The notes under the pieces are model-generated. The model ran no database searches. It was not told the DNA's origin and was given only the letters and a program-made list of their open reading frames with translations. Shown one piece after another: positions 28,833-38,289 of a stretch of DNA of 64,000 bases (its first letter is position 1; each line of letters opens with the position of its first letter). This DNA comes from Bacteroidota bacterium (lineage in GTDB: Bacteria; Bacteroidota; Ignavibacteria; UBA10030), in contig JAKAJH010000004.1 in the NCBI GenBank assembly GCA_021813905.1, positions 53,654-117,653 on the forward strand. Reading direction: 5' to 3'. The position numbers and the translations under genes were made by a program.

Positions 28833-29216
28833 GTGCACGCCTACCACGCAACCACGGAGGGCATTCGCATCACCGTTCGTCCGATCTACCTGGACGGCCA
28901 GTCCGACGCCCTCGCGCACAAGTTCGTCTTCGCGTATTTCATCCGGATCGACAATCAGACGCAGCAGCAGGTGCAGCTCCTGCGGAGACATTGGTTCATT
29001 AACCACGGGGGCGGGAAGACGGAAGAAGTGGAGGGCGAGGGAGTTGTCGGCAAACAGCCGGTAATCACCCCGGACGGATCGCACGAGTACAACAGTTTCT
29101 GCATCCTCGAGACCATGGAAGGATCGATGCGGGGCACTTACCTGATGCAGCGCGCCGACGGATCGACGTTCGAGGTGGTCATTCCGCCCTTTCACCTGCG
29201 CGCCGCGGCAAATTGA
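28833..29216 (+). CDS. apaG: ApaG (DUF525) protein
   Basis: FVFAYFIRIDNQTQQQVQLLRRHWFI...GEGVVGKQPVI matches the ApaG core. Confidence 0.75.
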   Translation: MHAYHATTEGIRITVRPIYLDGQSDALAHKFVFAYFIRIDNQTQQQVQLLRRHWFINHGGGKTEEVEGEGVVGKQPVITPDGSHEYNSFCILETMEGSMRGTYLMQRADGSTFEVVIPPFHLRAAAN

Positions 29217-29275
29217 GCGCCGCTACACAGACTCGTCGGTTCCCGCCAAAGATCATCATTCATCCGGAGCTTCTG

Positions 29276-30826
29276 ATGCGCACCACCCTTGCCATGCTGA
29301 GTCTCTTTATCTCAACCGTCGCTGCTCAGGAACCCGCCTTCGTCCGGAACGTCGATCCGTACGTCGCCCGCGTCATGCAGACTTTTGAGGTGCCGGGCAT
29401 TGCCCTGGCTATCGTCAAGGATGGAAGGGTGATTGTGGCGAAGGGCTATGGAGTGCGCACAGTCGGGCAGTCCGCACCGGTCGATGCGCGCACGATCTTC
29501 TGCATCGCGTCGAATACGAAGGCATTCACCGCCACGGCCATCGGTCTGCTGGTGGAGGAAGGAAAGCTCCAGTGGGACGCACCGGTCACGCGCTACCTGC
29601 CGTCGTTCGCTCTCTCCGATCCGTACGTCACGCATGAGATCACTCTCCGGGACCTGTTGGTGCATCGAAGCGGACTTGGGCTGGGCGCCGGAGATCTCCT
29701 CTGGTGGCCGGGAGCGACCTATACCAGAAAAGAGATCGTCCAGCGATTGCGTTTCATCCCGCTTGCCACGAGCTTCCGCAGCACGTACGCGTACGACAAT
29801 GTGCTCTACCTGGTCGCCGGCGAAGTGATCGAGGCCGTCAGCGGAATGCCGTGGGAGGATTTCATCCGGACCCGCATCCTGGATCCCGTGGGCATGACGC
29901 ACACCACGCTCGTGAATCAGTACCTTTCGACCGAGGACCGCGCCACGACGCACGCCAGCGTGGACGGGCACGTGCGGATCGTCAGTCCCGACACCGGCAC
30001 GGCCATGAATCCGGCCGGCGGGATCTATGCCTGCGCCGAGGATATGGCGAAATGGATGATCACCCAACTGGATTCCGGTCAGACTCCCGCGGGCAAACGT
30101 CTCTTCTCACCCCGGACGACGAAGCAACTCTGGTCGATGGTCACCCCGATTCCGATCGGGAATCCGGCACCCGGCCTGGAAGCGGTGCAGCCCGATTTTG
30201 TGGGCTACGCGCTCGGGTTTTCTGTTCGCGACTACCGAGGCTACAAGATGGTCAGCCACACCGGCGGAATGCCGGGATTCGTCTCGCGTGTCACGATGAT
30301 CCCCGAGCTTGGTCTCGGCATCACCGTACTCACGAACCAGGAGTCGGGCGCGGCATTCAATACGCTGACGAACGCGATTCTGGATGCGTACATGCCCGGG
30401 CCGCGCATTGACTGGCTGGCGGTCTCCACCGCACTGAATGCCCGCAGCGATTCACTGAACCGCGCAGCCGTCTCATCCGCCGCGGCAGCACGGGATTCCC
30501 TCTCCCATCCGTCGCTTCCGCTCGCGAAATACGCCGGCACGTACCGCGACGCCTGGTACGGCGACATCCGCATCGCGTACGCGGACGGAAGGCTGTCAAT
30601 CGCCTTCAGCCGCACGCCCCTTCTGTCCGGCGAACTGCAGCACTGGCAATACGACACATTCATTGCCCGCTGGAAGGACCGCGAATTGCGCGCCGACGCG
30701 TACGTGACCTTCGCGCTGAATCCCGACGGCTCCGTCGATCGCATCCGCATGCAGGCCGCCTCGCCGGAGACAGATTTCAGTTTCGATTTCCAGGACCTGT
30801 TGCTGAAACCGGTCGCCGCACCATAG
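29276..30826 (+). CDS. Serine hydrolase (class C beta-lactamase/PBP-like) with a C-terminal beta-sandwich domain
   Basis: Signal peptide; FCIASNTKAF (SxxK), YDN...; about 517 aa. Confidence 0.75.
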   Translation: MRTTLAMLSLFISTVAAQEPAFVRNVDPYVARVMQTFEVPGIALAIVKDGRVIVAKGYGVRTVGQSAPVDARTIFCIASNTKAFTATAIGLLVEEGKLQWDAPVTRYLPSFALSDPYVTHEITLRDLLVHRSGLGLGAGDLLWWPGATYTRKEIVQRLRFIPLATSFRSTYAYDNVLYLVAGEVIEAVSGMPWEDFIRTRILDPVGMTHTTLVNQYLSTEDRATTHASVDGHVRIVSPDTGTAMNPAGGIYACAEDMAKWMITQLDSGQTPAGKRLFSPRTTKQLWSMVTPIPIGNPAPGLEAVQPDFVGYALGFSVRDYRGYKMVSHTGGMPGFVSRVTMIPELGLGITVLTNQESGAAFNTLTNAILDAYMPGPRIDWLAVSTALNARSDSLNRAAVSSAAAARDSLSHPSLPLAKYAGTYRDAWYGDIRIAYADGRLSIAFSRTPLLSGELQHWQYDTFIARWKDRELRADAYVTFALNPDGSVDRIRMQAASPETDFSFDFQDLLLKPVAAP

Positions 30827-30970
30827 GCACTGCAGTGCGCTCTCCGGAGGAAGAGAAGAAGAAATGAGGGAACGGAACGTCGCCGTGCACATCGACACGG
30901 GAAGATCCCGCGAGAGAACGAGCGCCTGTCATTGCCAGTGAGAATCGCGAAAGAGACCTGGGGAGAAAAC

Positions 30971-30996
30971 GCTGCTCCGCCGCCCGGGGGAGCAGC
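30971..30996 (-). terminator. Hairpin + U-tract terminating the TRAP operon
   Basis: GCTGCTCC / GGAGCAGC stem followed, on the minus strand, by GTTTTCTCCC; 30 nt after the dctM stop. Confidence 0.45.
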
Positions 30997-31025
30997 GGAG
31001 CCTTTACATCACTTCACGCGTTGTA

Positions 31026-32306
31026 CTACTGCACCCCCACCGCCTGCACGAGGAACAAACTGATCTCCGGCACGTAGGTGATCAGCGCGAGCGCCGCCAA
31101 CTCCAGGACAATGAACAGCAGCACTGAGCGCGTCACCTCCAGCATCGGCTTGCCGAAGCGCAAACTGGACAGGAACAGGTTCAGACCCACCGGCGGCGTC
31201 AGGTAGCCGATCTCCAGATTCGTCAGAAAGATGATGCCCAAATGCACCGGGTTCACGTGGAACGCCTGGGCGATGGGCAGGATCAGGGGCACCACCACGA
31301 AGCACGCCGAGAAGATGTCCATCATCATTCCGACGATGATGAGGAATCCGTTCAGGATCAGCAGGAATGTCACCTGATTGGAGACATGCGCCTGAACGAA
31401 CTCGAACAGTCGCTGGGGCACCTGCGCATCAACGAGATAGTTGGTAAGACCCAGGGCAACGCCGAGGATCGCCAGGATCGCCCCGACCAGCAGCATGCTC
31501 TCGCGCATCACCCGCGGCACGTCCGTGAAGATCTTCAGGTCGCGGTGGATGAGCACTTCGATCACGAACACGTAGAACGCCGTCACCGCAGCTGCCTCGG
31601 TCGCCGTGATGATCCCGCCGTAGATCCCCCAGACGATGATCACGGGCAGCGGGATCTCCCACGCCGCTTCGCGCACCGCCTCCCGAATATTCTTCAGCTC
31701 AAACCGGATCCGCGGAACCCGTGCCGCGATTCCCACCCGGACGCTGTAGATCGCAAGGATAAGCACGAGCACCACGCCGGGCACAATGCCCGCCACGAAC
31801 AGCTGGTCGATGCTGACACCGGACACCAGCCCGTACACGATGATCGGCAGACTCGGCGGGAACAGCAGCCCGATGCTTCCGGACGCTGTCACGAGACCGA
31901 GCGAGAACCGCTCCGGATACGACTCCTTCAGCAGCATCGGCAGCAACAATCCCCCCAGCGCCACAATCGTCACGCCGGACGCGCCGGTGAACGCCGTGAA
32001 GAATGCGCAGACGGCCAGCACCACGATCGCCAGCCCTCCCGGGACCCAGCCGAACAGCGCCTGCGCAAGCCGAACCAGCCGCTGCGGCGCCTTGCTCTCG
32101 GCCAGCACATAACCGGCGAAGGTGAACAGCGGAATGGCGATCAGCGGCGGTGAATCGGCGATGCGGTACAGCTCAATGATCACCGCCGAAGTATCGATCT
32201 GCGAGGAGGAGAACAGATACAGCGCCAGCGCCCCGATGATGGTAAACAGCGGGGCACCCATGATGGCCAGCACCACCACGCCGGCGACAACGAGCCAGAG
32301 ACTCAT
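31026..32306 (-). CDS. dctM: TRAP transporter large permease
   Basis: 426-aa polytopic protein with typical DctM motifs. Confidence 0.85.
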   Translation of the reverse strand: MSLWLVVAGVVVLAIMGAPLFTIIGALALYLFSSSQIDTSAVIIELYRIADSPPLIAIPLFTFAGYVLAESKAPQRLVRLAQALFGWVPGGLAIVVLAVCAFFTAFTGASGVTIVALGGLLLPMLLKESYPERFSLGLVTASGSIGLLFPPSLPIIVYGLVSGVSIDQLFVAGIVPGVVLVLILAIYSVRVGIAARVPRIRFELKNIREAVREAAWEIPLPVIIVWGIYGGIITATEAAAVTAFYVFVIEVLIHRDLKIFTDVPRVMRESMLLVGAILAILGVALGLTNYLVDAQVPQRLFEFVQAHVSNQVTFLLILNGFLIIVGMMMDIFSACFVVVPLILPIAQAFHVNPVHLGIIFLTNLEIGYLTPPVGLNLFLSSLRFGKPMLEVTRSVLLFIVLELAALALITYVPEISLFLVQAVGVQ

Positions 32307-32806
32307 GCGGGATCCGCCTTTCCCGCCATCTCCGTGCCCCGGAGGACGGCGCGAATCAGAAAGTGGATCGCCAGCAGCGCAAAGCCGACGGGAATGATGA
32401 TCTCGGCATACAGCGACGGGATCTCGCCGAAGACCATGTGCTTGTCCTCGATCTCGAACCCGACGAACGTCAGCGCGGCACGGAACAGCAGGTACGAGAT
32501 GACCGCCGCGAACAGATTGGTGATCATGTGCAGCGCAGACTGAACACGCTTCGGCAGGAACCGCGTGATCGCGTCAATGTTGATGTGCCGTTCCTGACTG
32601 GCCGCCAGCGCCGCGCCGAAGAAGCCGATCCACAGCACCATGTGCCGCAGCAGCACATCCCCCCACACGAATCCTCCGGAGAAGAGGTTCCGCAGGACAA
32701 CTTGCGCAAATCCCAGCAACAGCATCACCAGCAGGAAGAGGACCGCCGCAAAACCCTCGATCCGTACCAGGCCCCGGTCCAGACTCTTGAGCAGGTTCAT
32801 TGTCAC
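32303..32806 (-). CDS. dctQ: TRAP transporter small permease
   Basis: 167 aa, 4 TM; overlaps dctM and dctP stop/starts by 4 nt. Confidence 0.7.
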   Translation of the reverse strand: MTMNLLKSLDRGLVRIEGFAAVLFLLVMLLLGFAQVVLRNLFSGGFVWGDVLLRHMVLWIGFFGAALAASQERHINIDAITRFLPKRVQSALHMITNLFAAVISYLLFRAALTFVGFEIEDKHMVFGEIPSLYAEIIIPVGFALLAIHFLIRAVLRGTEMAGKADPA

Positions 32807-33801
32807 TTGCCCTGCTGCTTCCGGAAGTCATCCACGGCTTTCTCCACGCGCTTCATGAAATCCTCATCGTATAACCGTCCCACCAGCATCTTCCGCGCGC
32901 GAATACCGGCATCGACATATTCCTGAACTTCTTTCGCATTGGTTTCCGTGAAGGTAATGCCGCGCTTCTTCAGCTCCTTCAAGGCCGTCGCGTTATCTTT
33001 CCGGCCGAAGTCCGTCAGCTTCTTCATGTACTGGTGACCGTTCCGGATCAGGATGTCCTGCAGATCTTTCGGCAGACTGTCGAAGTATCGCTTGGAGACG
33101 AGCACGGCGCCCGACGAGCATGTAAGCGGAAAATCCACCATGTACTTCGCCTGCGTGTACCATTGCAGCGCGATGCAGGCATACGGCGTCGTGTAGAATG
33201 CGTTCACCAGACCCGTCTGCAGCGACGTGCGCACGTTATCAATAGAGAGCGGGATCGGCTTGAGGTCCAGCGCCTGGAACGCCGTCTCCGCCACCGGATC
33301 GCCTTCCCACACCCACATCTTCAGCGACCGGATGTCTGCGGGCGTCCGGATCTGTGATTGACTGAAGACGTACACGAACCCCACTTCAGCCCAGCCCAGC
33401 AGCACGTATCCGCCCGCGTCGAACGCCTGCTGAAATTCCTGATCGAATACCTTGTACAGATTGTCCGCTTCTGCGCTCGTGCGGATCAGGAACGGCGTGT
33501 CGAGGATCCGGACCTTCGGCGCGATCTCGCCGAGCCCCACGCCGGTGAATCCTGCCGCCTGCAGCTGGTTGATCGCGATCTTGCGGATCACGGTCTTTTC
33601 GTCTCCCTGCGTCATGCTCGGATACATCCGGAAACCAAGCCGCCCGCCGCTTTCTTTCCGCACCGCGGCGTCATACTCTTTCATCACATTCATCCATGTG
33701 CTGCCTTCCGGCGCGATGGAAGCAAATTTGATCGTATACTGCTGCGCAAAAGCGCTCGCTGCCGAAAAGGCCAGAAGCGCGACAACGGCCAGTCGTTTCA
33801 C
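32803..33801 (-). CDS. dctP: TRAP transporter substrate-binding protein
   Basis: Signal peptide + DctP-type periplasmic binding protein. Confidence 0.8.
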   Translation of the reverse strand: MKRLAVVALLAFSAASAFAQQYTIKFASIAPEGSTWMNVMKEYDAAVRKESGGRLGFRMYPSMTQGDEKTVIRKIAINQLQAAGFTGVGLGEIAPKVRILDTPFLIRTSAEADNLYKVFDQEFQQAFDAGGYVLLGWAEVGFVYVFSQSQIRTPADIRSLKMWVWEGDPVAETAFQALDLKPIPLSIDNVRTSLQTGLVNAFYTTPYACIALQWYTQAKYMVDFPLTCSSGAVLVSKRYFDSLPKDLQDILIRNGHQYMKKLTDFGRKDNATALKELKKRGITFTETNAKEVQEYVDAGIRARKMLVGRLYDEDFMKRVEKAVDDFRKQQGK

Positions 33802-33860
33802 GTCAACTCCATGATTGTAAGAATGGTCGATTCAATGAGTTTCCCGGGCGCGACCGGAGG

Positions 33861-34721
33861 TTAGAAGAGGTCATCGGCCTGGGCAAGCAGACGGCGCGCT
33901 TTTTCCTTGGCAACCGCATTCGCCAGACGCGCTTCAGGAAGCACGTCGATGTCCGCGTCCAGCACCTGATTCAGCAGAGACTCGAAGAGCGTCCGGTCTT
34001 GAATCTGCACGGCGTAGGCACGCGCCTCGTACAACTGGGTCATCAGGAATTTTCCCCCGTTGATCGCAAGAGACTTTTCAAAATACTCCCGGGACCGCTC
34101 CGGATTTCCTCCGAGACCTTTCGGCGTCGTTCCCTCGATGGTGCCGAGAAACAGGTACGCCCCTCCGTAATAATAGGAGGGATCGAGCTCGGCGACGCGC
34201 TCGATCATCGCCCGAACCTTTGCAAGGTCGGCCAGCGCCGCCACGTCGGTCCGCGTGATGTTGATGTAACTCCCCCAGCTGAATGCGGTCCAGAAGAGCG
34301 CCGGCACGTCATCTTTCGTGAGCGATCGCAGGGATTCGCGAAACGCCGCATCATCCTTGTCCAGAGCCAAACGGAATGCATCGTTTTGCTGAAGCACCTG
34401 CAGACCGTACTCTTTTCCCCGCAGGTAGAACACGCGGGCCCGTTCCACACTGTCGTCCTCACAGAAGGCAAGCGCGTACGCATTGTACCCCTGCGACGCG
34501 AACAGAAGGAACTGCTTGTTTCCCGGGTCGCTCTTGATAAGGGCTTCCAGGAGCTTCAGATTGCTGCCGAGCGCTTCGTGAGCCAGCTGGATGTCGGATT
34601 CCTCATTGAACGCCTTGAATCCGTTATCCATGATGCCGCCCATGGAACGGATCGCAATCGTCTGAATGCATCCCTGGGCGCCGAATGCCAGGAGCAGCAG
34701 GGCAAGAATATGTCGTTTCAT
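33861..34721 (-). CDS. TatT-like TPR lipoprotein associated with the TRAP transporter
   Basis: Lipobox LLLLAFGAQGC; helical TPR-like repeats; sits immediately upstream of dctPQM. Confidence 0.5.
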   Translation of the reverse strand: MKRHILALLLLAFGAQGCIQTIAIRSMGGIMDNGFKAFNEESDIQLAHEALGSNLKLLEALIKSDPGNKQFLLFASQGYNAYALAFCEDDSVERARVFYLRGKEYGLQVLQQNDAFRLALDKDDAAFRESLRSLTKDDVPALFWTAFSWGSYINITRTDVAALADLAKVRAMIERVAELDPSYYYGGAYLFLGTIEGTTPKGLGGNPERSREYFEKSLAINGGKFLMTQLYEARAYAVQIQDRTLFESLLNQVLDADIDVLPEARLANAVAKEKARRLLAQADDLF

Positions 34722-34987
34722 GTCCGGGGGACTCCGCTCTGATCGTCGGGACGGCGGCCGGAACGTGCCGGAATGCCGTAGGGGAAAATATAGCCAATTT
34801 TTCCGCACCCATCAATTGATCCGTTCCCGAATGCCGTACCTTGCATGTCATCGCGGATTCGCTACATTGAATGAGGCACCCTCGATCCCCCCCCGTTCTC
34901 TTCTCCCCTCTTCCAGGGCGCGCATTTCCTCATGGCCCCGACGCACGTCGGGACGCGGTTCAAGTCACAAGATCGGGAGCATCCCCG

Positions 34988-36472
34988 ATGAACGTGCTGC
35001 TCGTAAATCCCCTGGTGCCGGACACGTTCTGGAGTTTCAAGCACGCTGTTCGGTTCGTTTCAAAGAAGACCACCTTCCCACCGCTCGGCCTCCTGACGGT
35101 GGCGGCAATGTTGCCCTCCGACTGGTCGCTTCGACTCTGCGACCTCAATGTTCGGCACCTGTCGGACCGTGAGATCCGGTGGGCGGATATGGTCTTCGTG
35201 ACCGGCATGTCGATCCAGGAGACATCGGTCCGCGAAATCATCGCGCGATGCCGGTCACTCCGCCGGCCGATGGTCGCCGGAGGGCCGCTCTTCACCGCCC
35301 GGTCGGAGGAATTCCCCGACGTGGACCATCTGGTCCTGAACGAAGCGGAGCTCACCCTGCCGGCGTTTTTGGACGATCTTCGGTCCGGTCATCCGGCGCG
35401 CGTGTATCGTTCCGACGCCTGGGCGGATGTAACCGCCACTCCCGTTCCTCTGTGGCGTCTCATCGATCAGCGCCGGTACTCGAACATGAACATTCAGTAC
35501 TCGCGCGGTTGTCCCTACGACTGCGAGTTCTGCGACATCACCGTCCTCTACGGTCGCGTTCCCCGGACAAAGACCAGGGACCAGTTGCTGCGGGAATTCG
35601 ATGCGCTCTACGAAAGCGGGTGGCGGGGGGATGTGTTTCTCGTTGACGACAACTTCATCGGAAACCGGCGGAAACTGAAGTCGGAGATCCTGCCGGCCCT
35701 GATCGAATGGCGCCAACGCCGCAGGGATCCCTTCTCGCTGAACACCGAGGCATCCATCAACCTGGCGGACGACGAAGAGCTGATGAACCTGATGGTGCGC
35801 GCGGGATTCTCCGTCGTGTTCGTGGGGATCGAGTCACCGCACGAGAAGAGTCTTGAGGAATGCCGGAAGATGCCGAATCGCGGGCGCGATCTCGCCGGAT
35901 CCGTCCGCGTCCTTCAGGATCACGGTCTTCAGGTCCAGGGCGGATTCATCGTGGGATTTGACAGTGATCCCGTCTCGATCTTTGAACGCCTGATCGCGTT
36001 CATTCAGGAGACCGGTATCGTCACAGCCATGGTGGGGCTCCTGAATGCTCCCATCGGATCCCGTCTCCATCAGCGTCTGGTGAAGGAAGGCCGGTTGCTC
36101 ACGGCGATGTCGGGCGACAACACCGACTTCTCGATGAACTTTCTTCCCCGCATGAACCTCGAGACACTCGTCAGCGGCTACCGGTCCGTTCTCCAGACGA
36201 TCTACGCGCCGAAGCAGTACTACGCGCGGGTGCGTTCCTTCCTTCGGAGGTACAATCCGCCGGCGACTTTCCGTATCCGCATCCGGCGCGTCCATCTGCA
36301 GGCACTCGTGAAGTCCGCGGTCATTTTGGGAATCTTCGGTAAGGAGCGGTGGGAGTACTGGAAGCTCTTCTTCTGGTCCCTCTTCCGCCGCCCGCGCCTC
36401 TTCCCGATGGCGATCACGTTCTCCATCTACGGATTCCATTTCCGCCGCGTGGTCGAACACTTTGCGGGCTAG
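34988..36472 (+). CDS. B12-binding-domain radical SAM protein (DUF4070-type C-terminus)
   Basis: N-terminal cobalamin-binding fold; YSRGCPYDCEFCDIT CxxxCxxC cluster. Confidence 0.8.
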   Translation: MNVLLVNPLVPDTFWSFKHAVRFVSKKTTFPPLGLLTVAAMLPSDWSLRLCDLNVRHLSDREIRWADMVFVTGMSIQETSVREIIARCRSLRRPMVAGGPLFTARSEEFPDVDHLVLNEAELTLPAFLDDLRSGHPARVYRSDAWADVTATPVPLWRLIDQRRYSNMNIQYSRGCPYDCEFCDITVLYGRVPRTKTRDQLLREFDALYESGWRGDVFLVDDNFIGNRRKLKSEILPALIEWRQRRRDPFSLNTEASINLADDEELMNLMVRAGFSVVFVGIESPHEKSLEECRKMPNRGRDLAGSVRVLQDHGLQVQGGFIVGFDSDPVSIFERLIAFIQETGIVTAMVGLLNAPIGSRLHQRLVKEGRLLTAMSGDNTDFSMNFLPRMNLETLVSGYRSVLQTIYAPKQYYARVRSFLRRYNPPATFRIRIRRVHLQALVKSAVILGIFGKERWEYWKLFFWSLFRRPRLFPMAITFSIYGFHFRRVVEHFAG

Positions 36473-36593
36473 ACGCCGTCCGAGACGCATCGGTCGGAAT
36501 CATCCGTGGGTCGGCGGAGCCAGTTCCGCGTACCGATCCGACGCGGATGTCGAATCCCCTCGGCACCCGCCGGCGGTTCCGCACACGATTCCA

Positions 36594-36710
36594 TCAACGC
36601 AGCAGGAACACGCGTGACACAACGGCCAGGATGAGCGCCAGAGCCGCCAGTGAGATGAGAGCGATCACCATGCGGCGGCGGTGCTGCAGATTCTGAGGGG
36701 GAGTGTTCAT
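36594..36710 (-). CDS. 38-aa single-TM micro-protein (candidate)
   Basis: MNTPPQNLQHRRRMVIALISLAALALILAVVSRVFLLR. GGGAGG RBS 5 nt upstream, high GC3. Lies in an otherwise empty 725-bp gap. Confidence 0.25.
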   Translation of the reverse strand: MNTPPQNLQHRRRMVIALISLAALALILAVVSRVFLLR

Positions 36711-37197
36711 CGGAGCCTCCCGGCAATCAGCGCCGGAGAACAGAGCGCGTGTGCTGACGGGCGTTGACCTGCGCGTTGTGTATCAGCGACTCACAAACGC
36801 CGCACAGAAGGATCGCGTACCGCGACCCGCCGACACACCGTTGGATCTTCCACACCCATGGCACGATTTGACGACATCGCGGGCAACGGTGCGGGCGGTG
36901 TTCCACCCGGACATCGATTCCCGATGGCATTGTCCCCCGGATCCGTCCGGCATCCCGTCGCACCATCCTCGCTCGTCTCCGCGTCGTGTTTCTTCTTGGC
37001 AGCACGGTACACAACGGAACCCATCCGTTCATCCGAATTCCGATAAGCGGCGAATCCCGTCGTCCGGCGGCAAACCGACCGGCAGCACCCACCCGCAGAC
37101 ACTCCATCCGACCAGCCGCTCGTCGAGTCCTGCTGCCGCTTGGCCGGGAGGTCTTTACTCTTGCGCAAGAAAGCGTCACATTGCTGCCGGAACGGCA

Positions 37198-38286
37198 ATG
37201 AGACGATTGCGCGACATTCTGCGGGGCGACTTTCGCACGCTCGGATTCTGGCATTTTCAGATCACCGGGTGGCTGCTGTTGTACGCAGGCGACATCGTCC
37301 TGATCATTGCCCGCGGGCGATCCCTGTCCGAGGGATTGACCGAGGCCTGCGAAACGCCGGTCGCCTTCCTTCTTTCCCTGGGACTGCGCCGGATTTACAC
37401 GCGCCTGGACTACAAGAGGCTCTCCGTGGTATCCCTGATCGCCTATCTCACCGTCTGGTCGCTGATCATTACGGGGGTCTGGTACGTGTTGATCGCCGCG
37501 ATCTGGTACTTCGCGATGAGCGCACGCATCGGCCTGGCGATGTTCGATCCCGGCTATGTGTTCCGGTGGCTGAATTATCTCGCACCGCTCTGGTTCTCCT
37601 GGAGCGCGCTCTACTTCGGGATCAAGTACTGGCGGGATTGGATCGACGAGAAGGAGCGCGCCCGCATCGCCACCGCTCTCGCGCAGAAGGCCCAGCTTCA
37701 GATGCTGCGGTACCAGCTCAATCCGCATTTCCTGTTCAACGCGCTCAATTCGCTCCGCGCGCTCATCGACGAGGACAAACGCCTCGCCAAAGGGATGATC
37801 ACGGAACTATCTGAATTTCTGCGCTACTCCCTCGTTTCCCGGCGCGCCACGAGCGTCCCGCTGCGCGACGAGCTCGACGCCATCCGGCACTACCTGGCCA
37901 TCGAGAAGAAACGGTTCGAAGACAAGCTCCAGGTATCGTTCGCCGTTGATCCGAAAGCCGAGGATGTTCCGGTCCTCAGCTTCCTCATTCATCCGCTTGT
38001 GGAGAACGCGGTCAAGTACGGCATGAAGACTTCCCCGATGCCGTTGCGGCTGAAATTGGAAGCGTCCGTCAATGACGGGGGATTGACGGTGGATGTGTGG
38101 AATTCGGGCCGGTGGCTCGACGAGAGCGATGCGGCGAAGCCCGGGGCCGGAACCGGTACGGGCCTCGAGAACACACGGGCCCGATTGGCCAACGCGTATC
38201 CCGGACGACACCATGTGGACGTGATCACCGAAGGCAATGCTGTTCACGTCCGGCTCCGCATCGACGAGATCCTGACCGAGGCGTGA
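37198..38286 (+). CDS. Sensor histidine kinase, 4TM + His_kinase + HATPase (paralog A)
   Basis: LNPHFLFNALNSLRALI, LVENAVKYG, GTGLEN. The upstream in-frame region 36703-37197 is low-complexity and probably non-coding. Confidence 0.75.
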   Translation: MRRLRDILRGDFRTLGFWHFQITGWLLLYAGDIVLIIARGRSLSEGLTEACETPVAFLLSLGLRRIYTRLDYKRLSVVSLIAYLTVWSLIITGVWYVLIAAIWYFAMSARIGLAMFDPGYVFRWLNYLAPLWFSWSALYFGIKYWRDWIDEKERARIATALAQKAQLQMLRYQLNPHFLFNALNSLRALIDEDKRLAKGMITELSEFLRYSLVSRRATSVPLRDELDAIRHYLAIEKKRFEDKLQVSFAVDPKAEDVPVLSFLIHPLVENAVKYGMKTSPMPLRLKLEASVNDGGLTVDVWNSGRWLDESDAAKPGAGTGTGLENTRARLANAYPGRHHVDVITEGNAVHVRLRIDEILTEA

Positions 38287-38289
38287 CGC

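Noticed and set aside
36703-37197. 165-codon N-terminal extension of the first histidine kinase
   Set aside because: It is Pro/Arg/Ser-rich low complexity with no TM helix. The paralogous kinases begin at the equivalent of Met-37198 (MRRLRDIL...).
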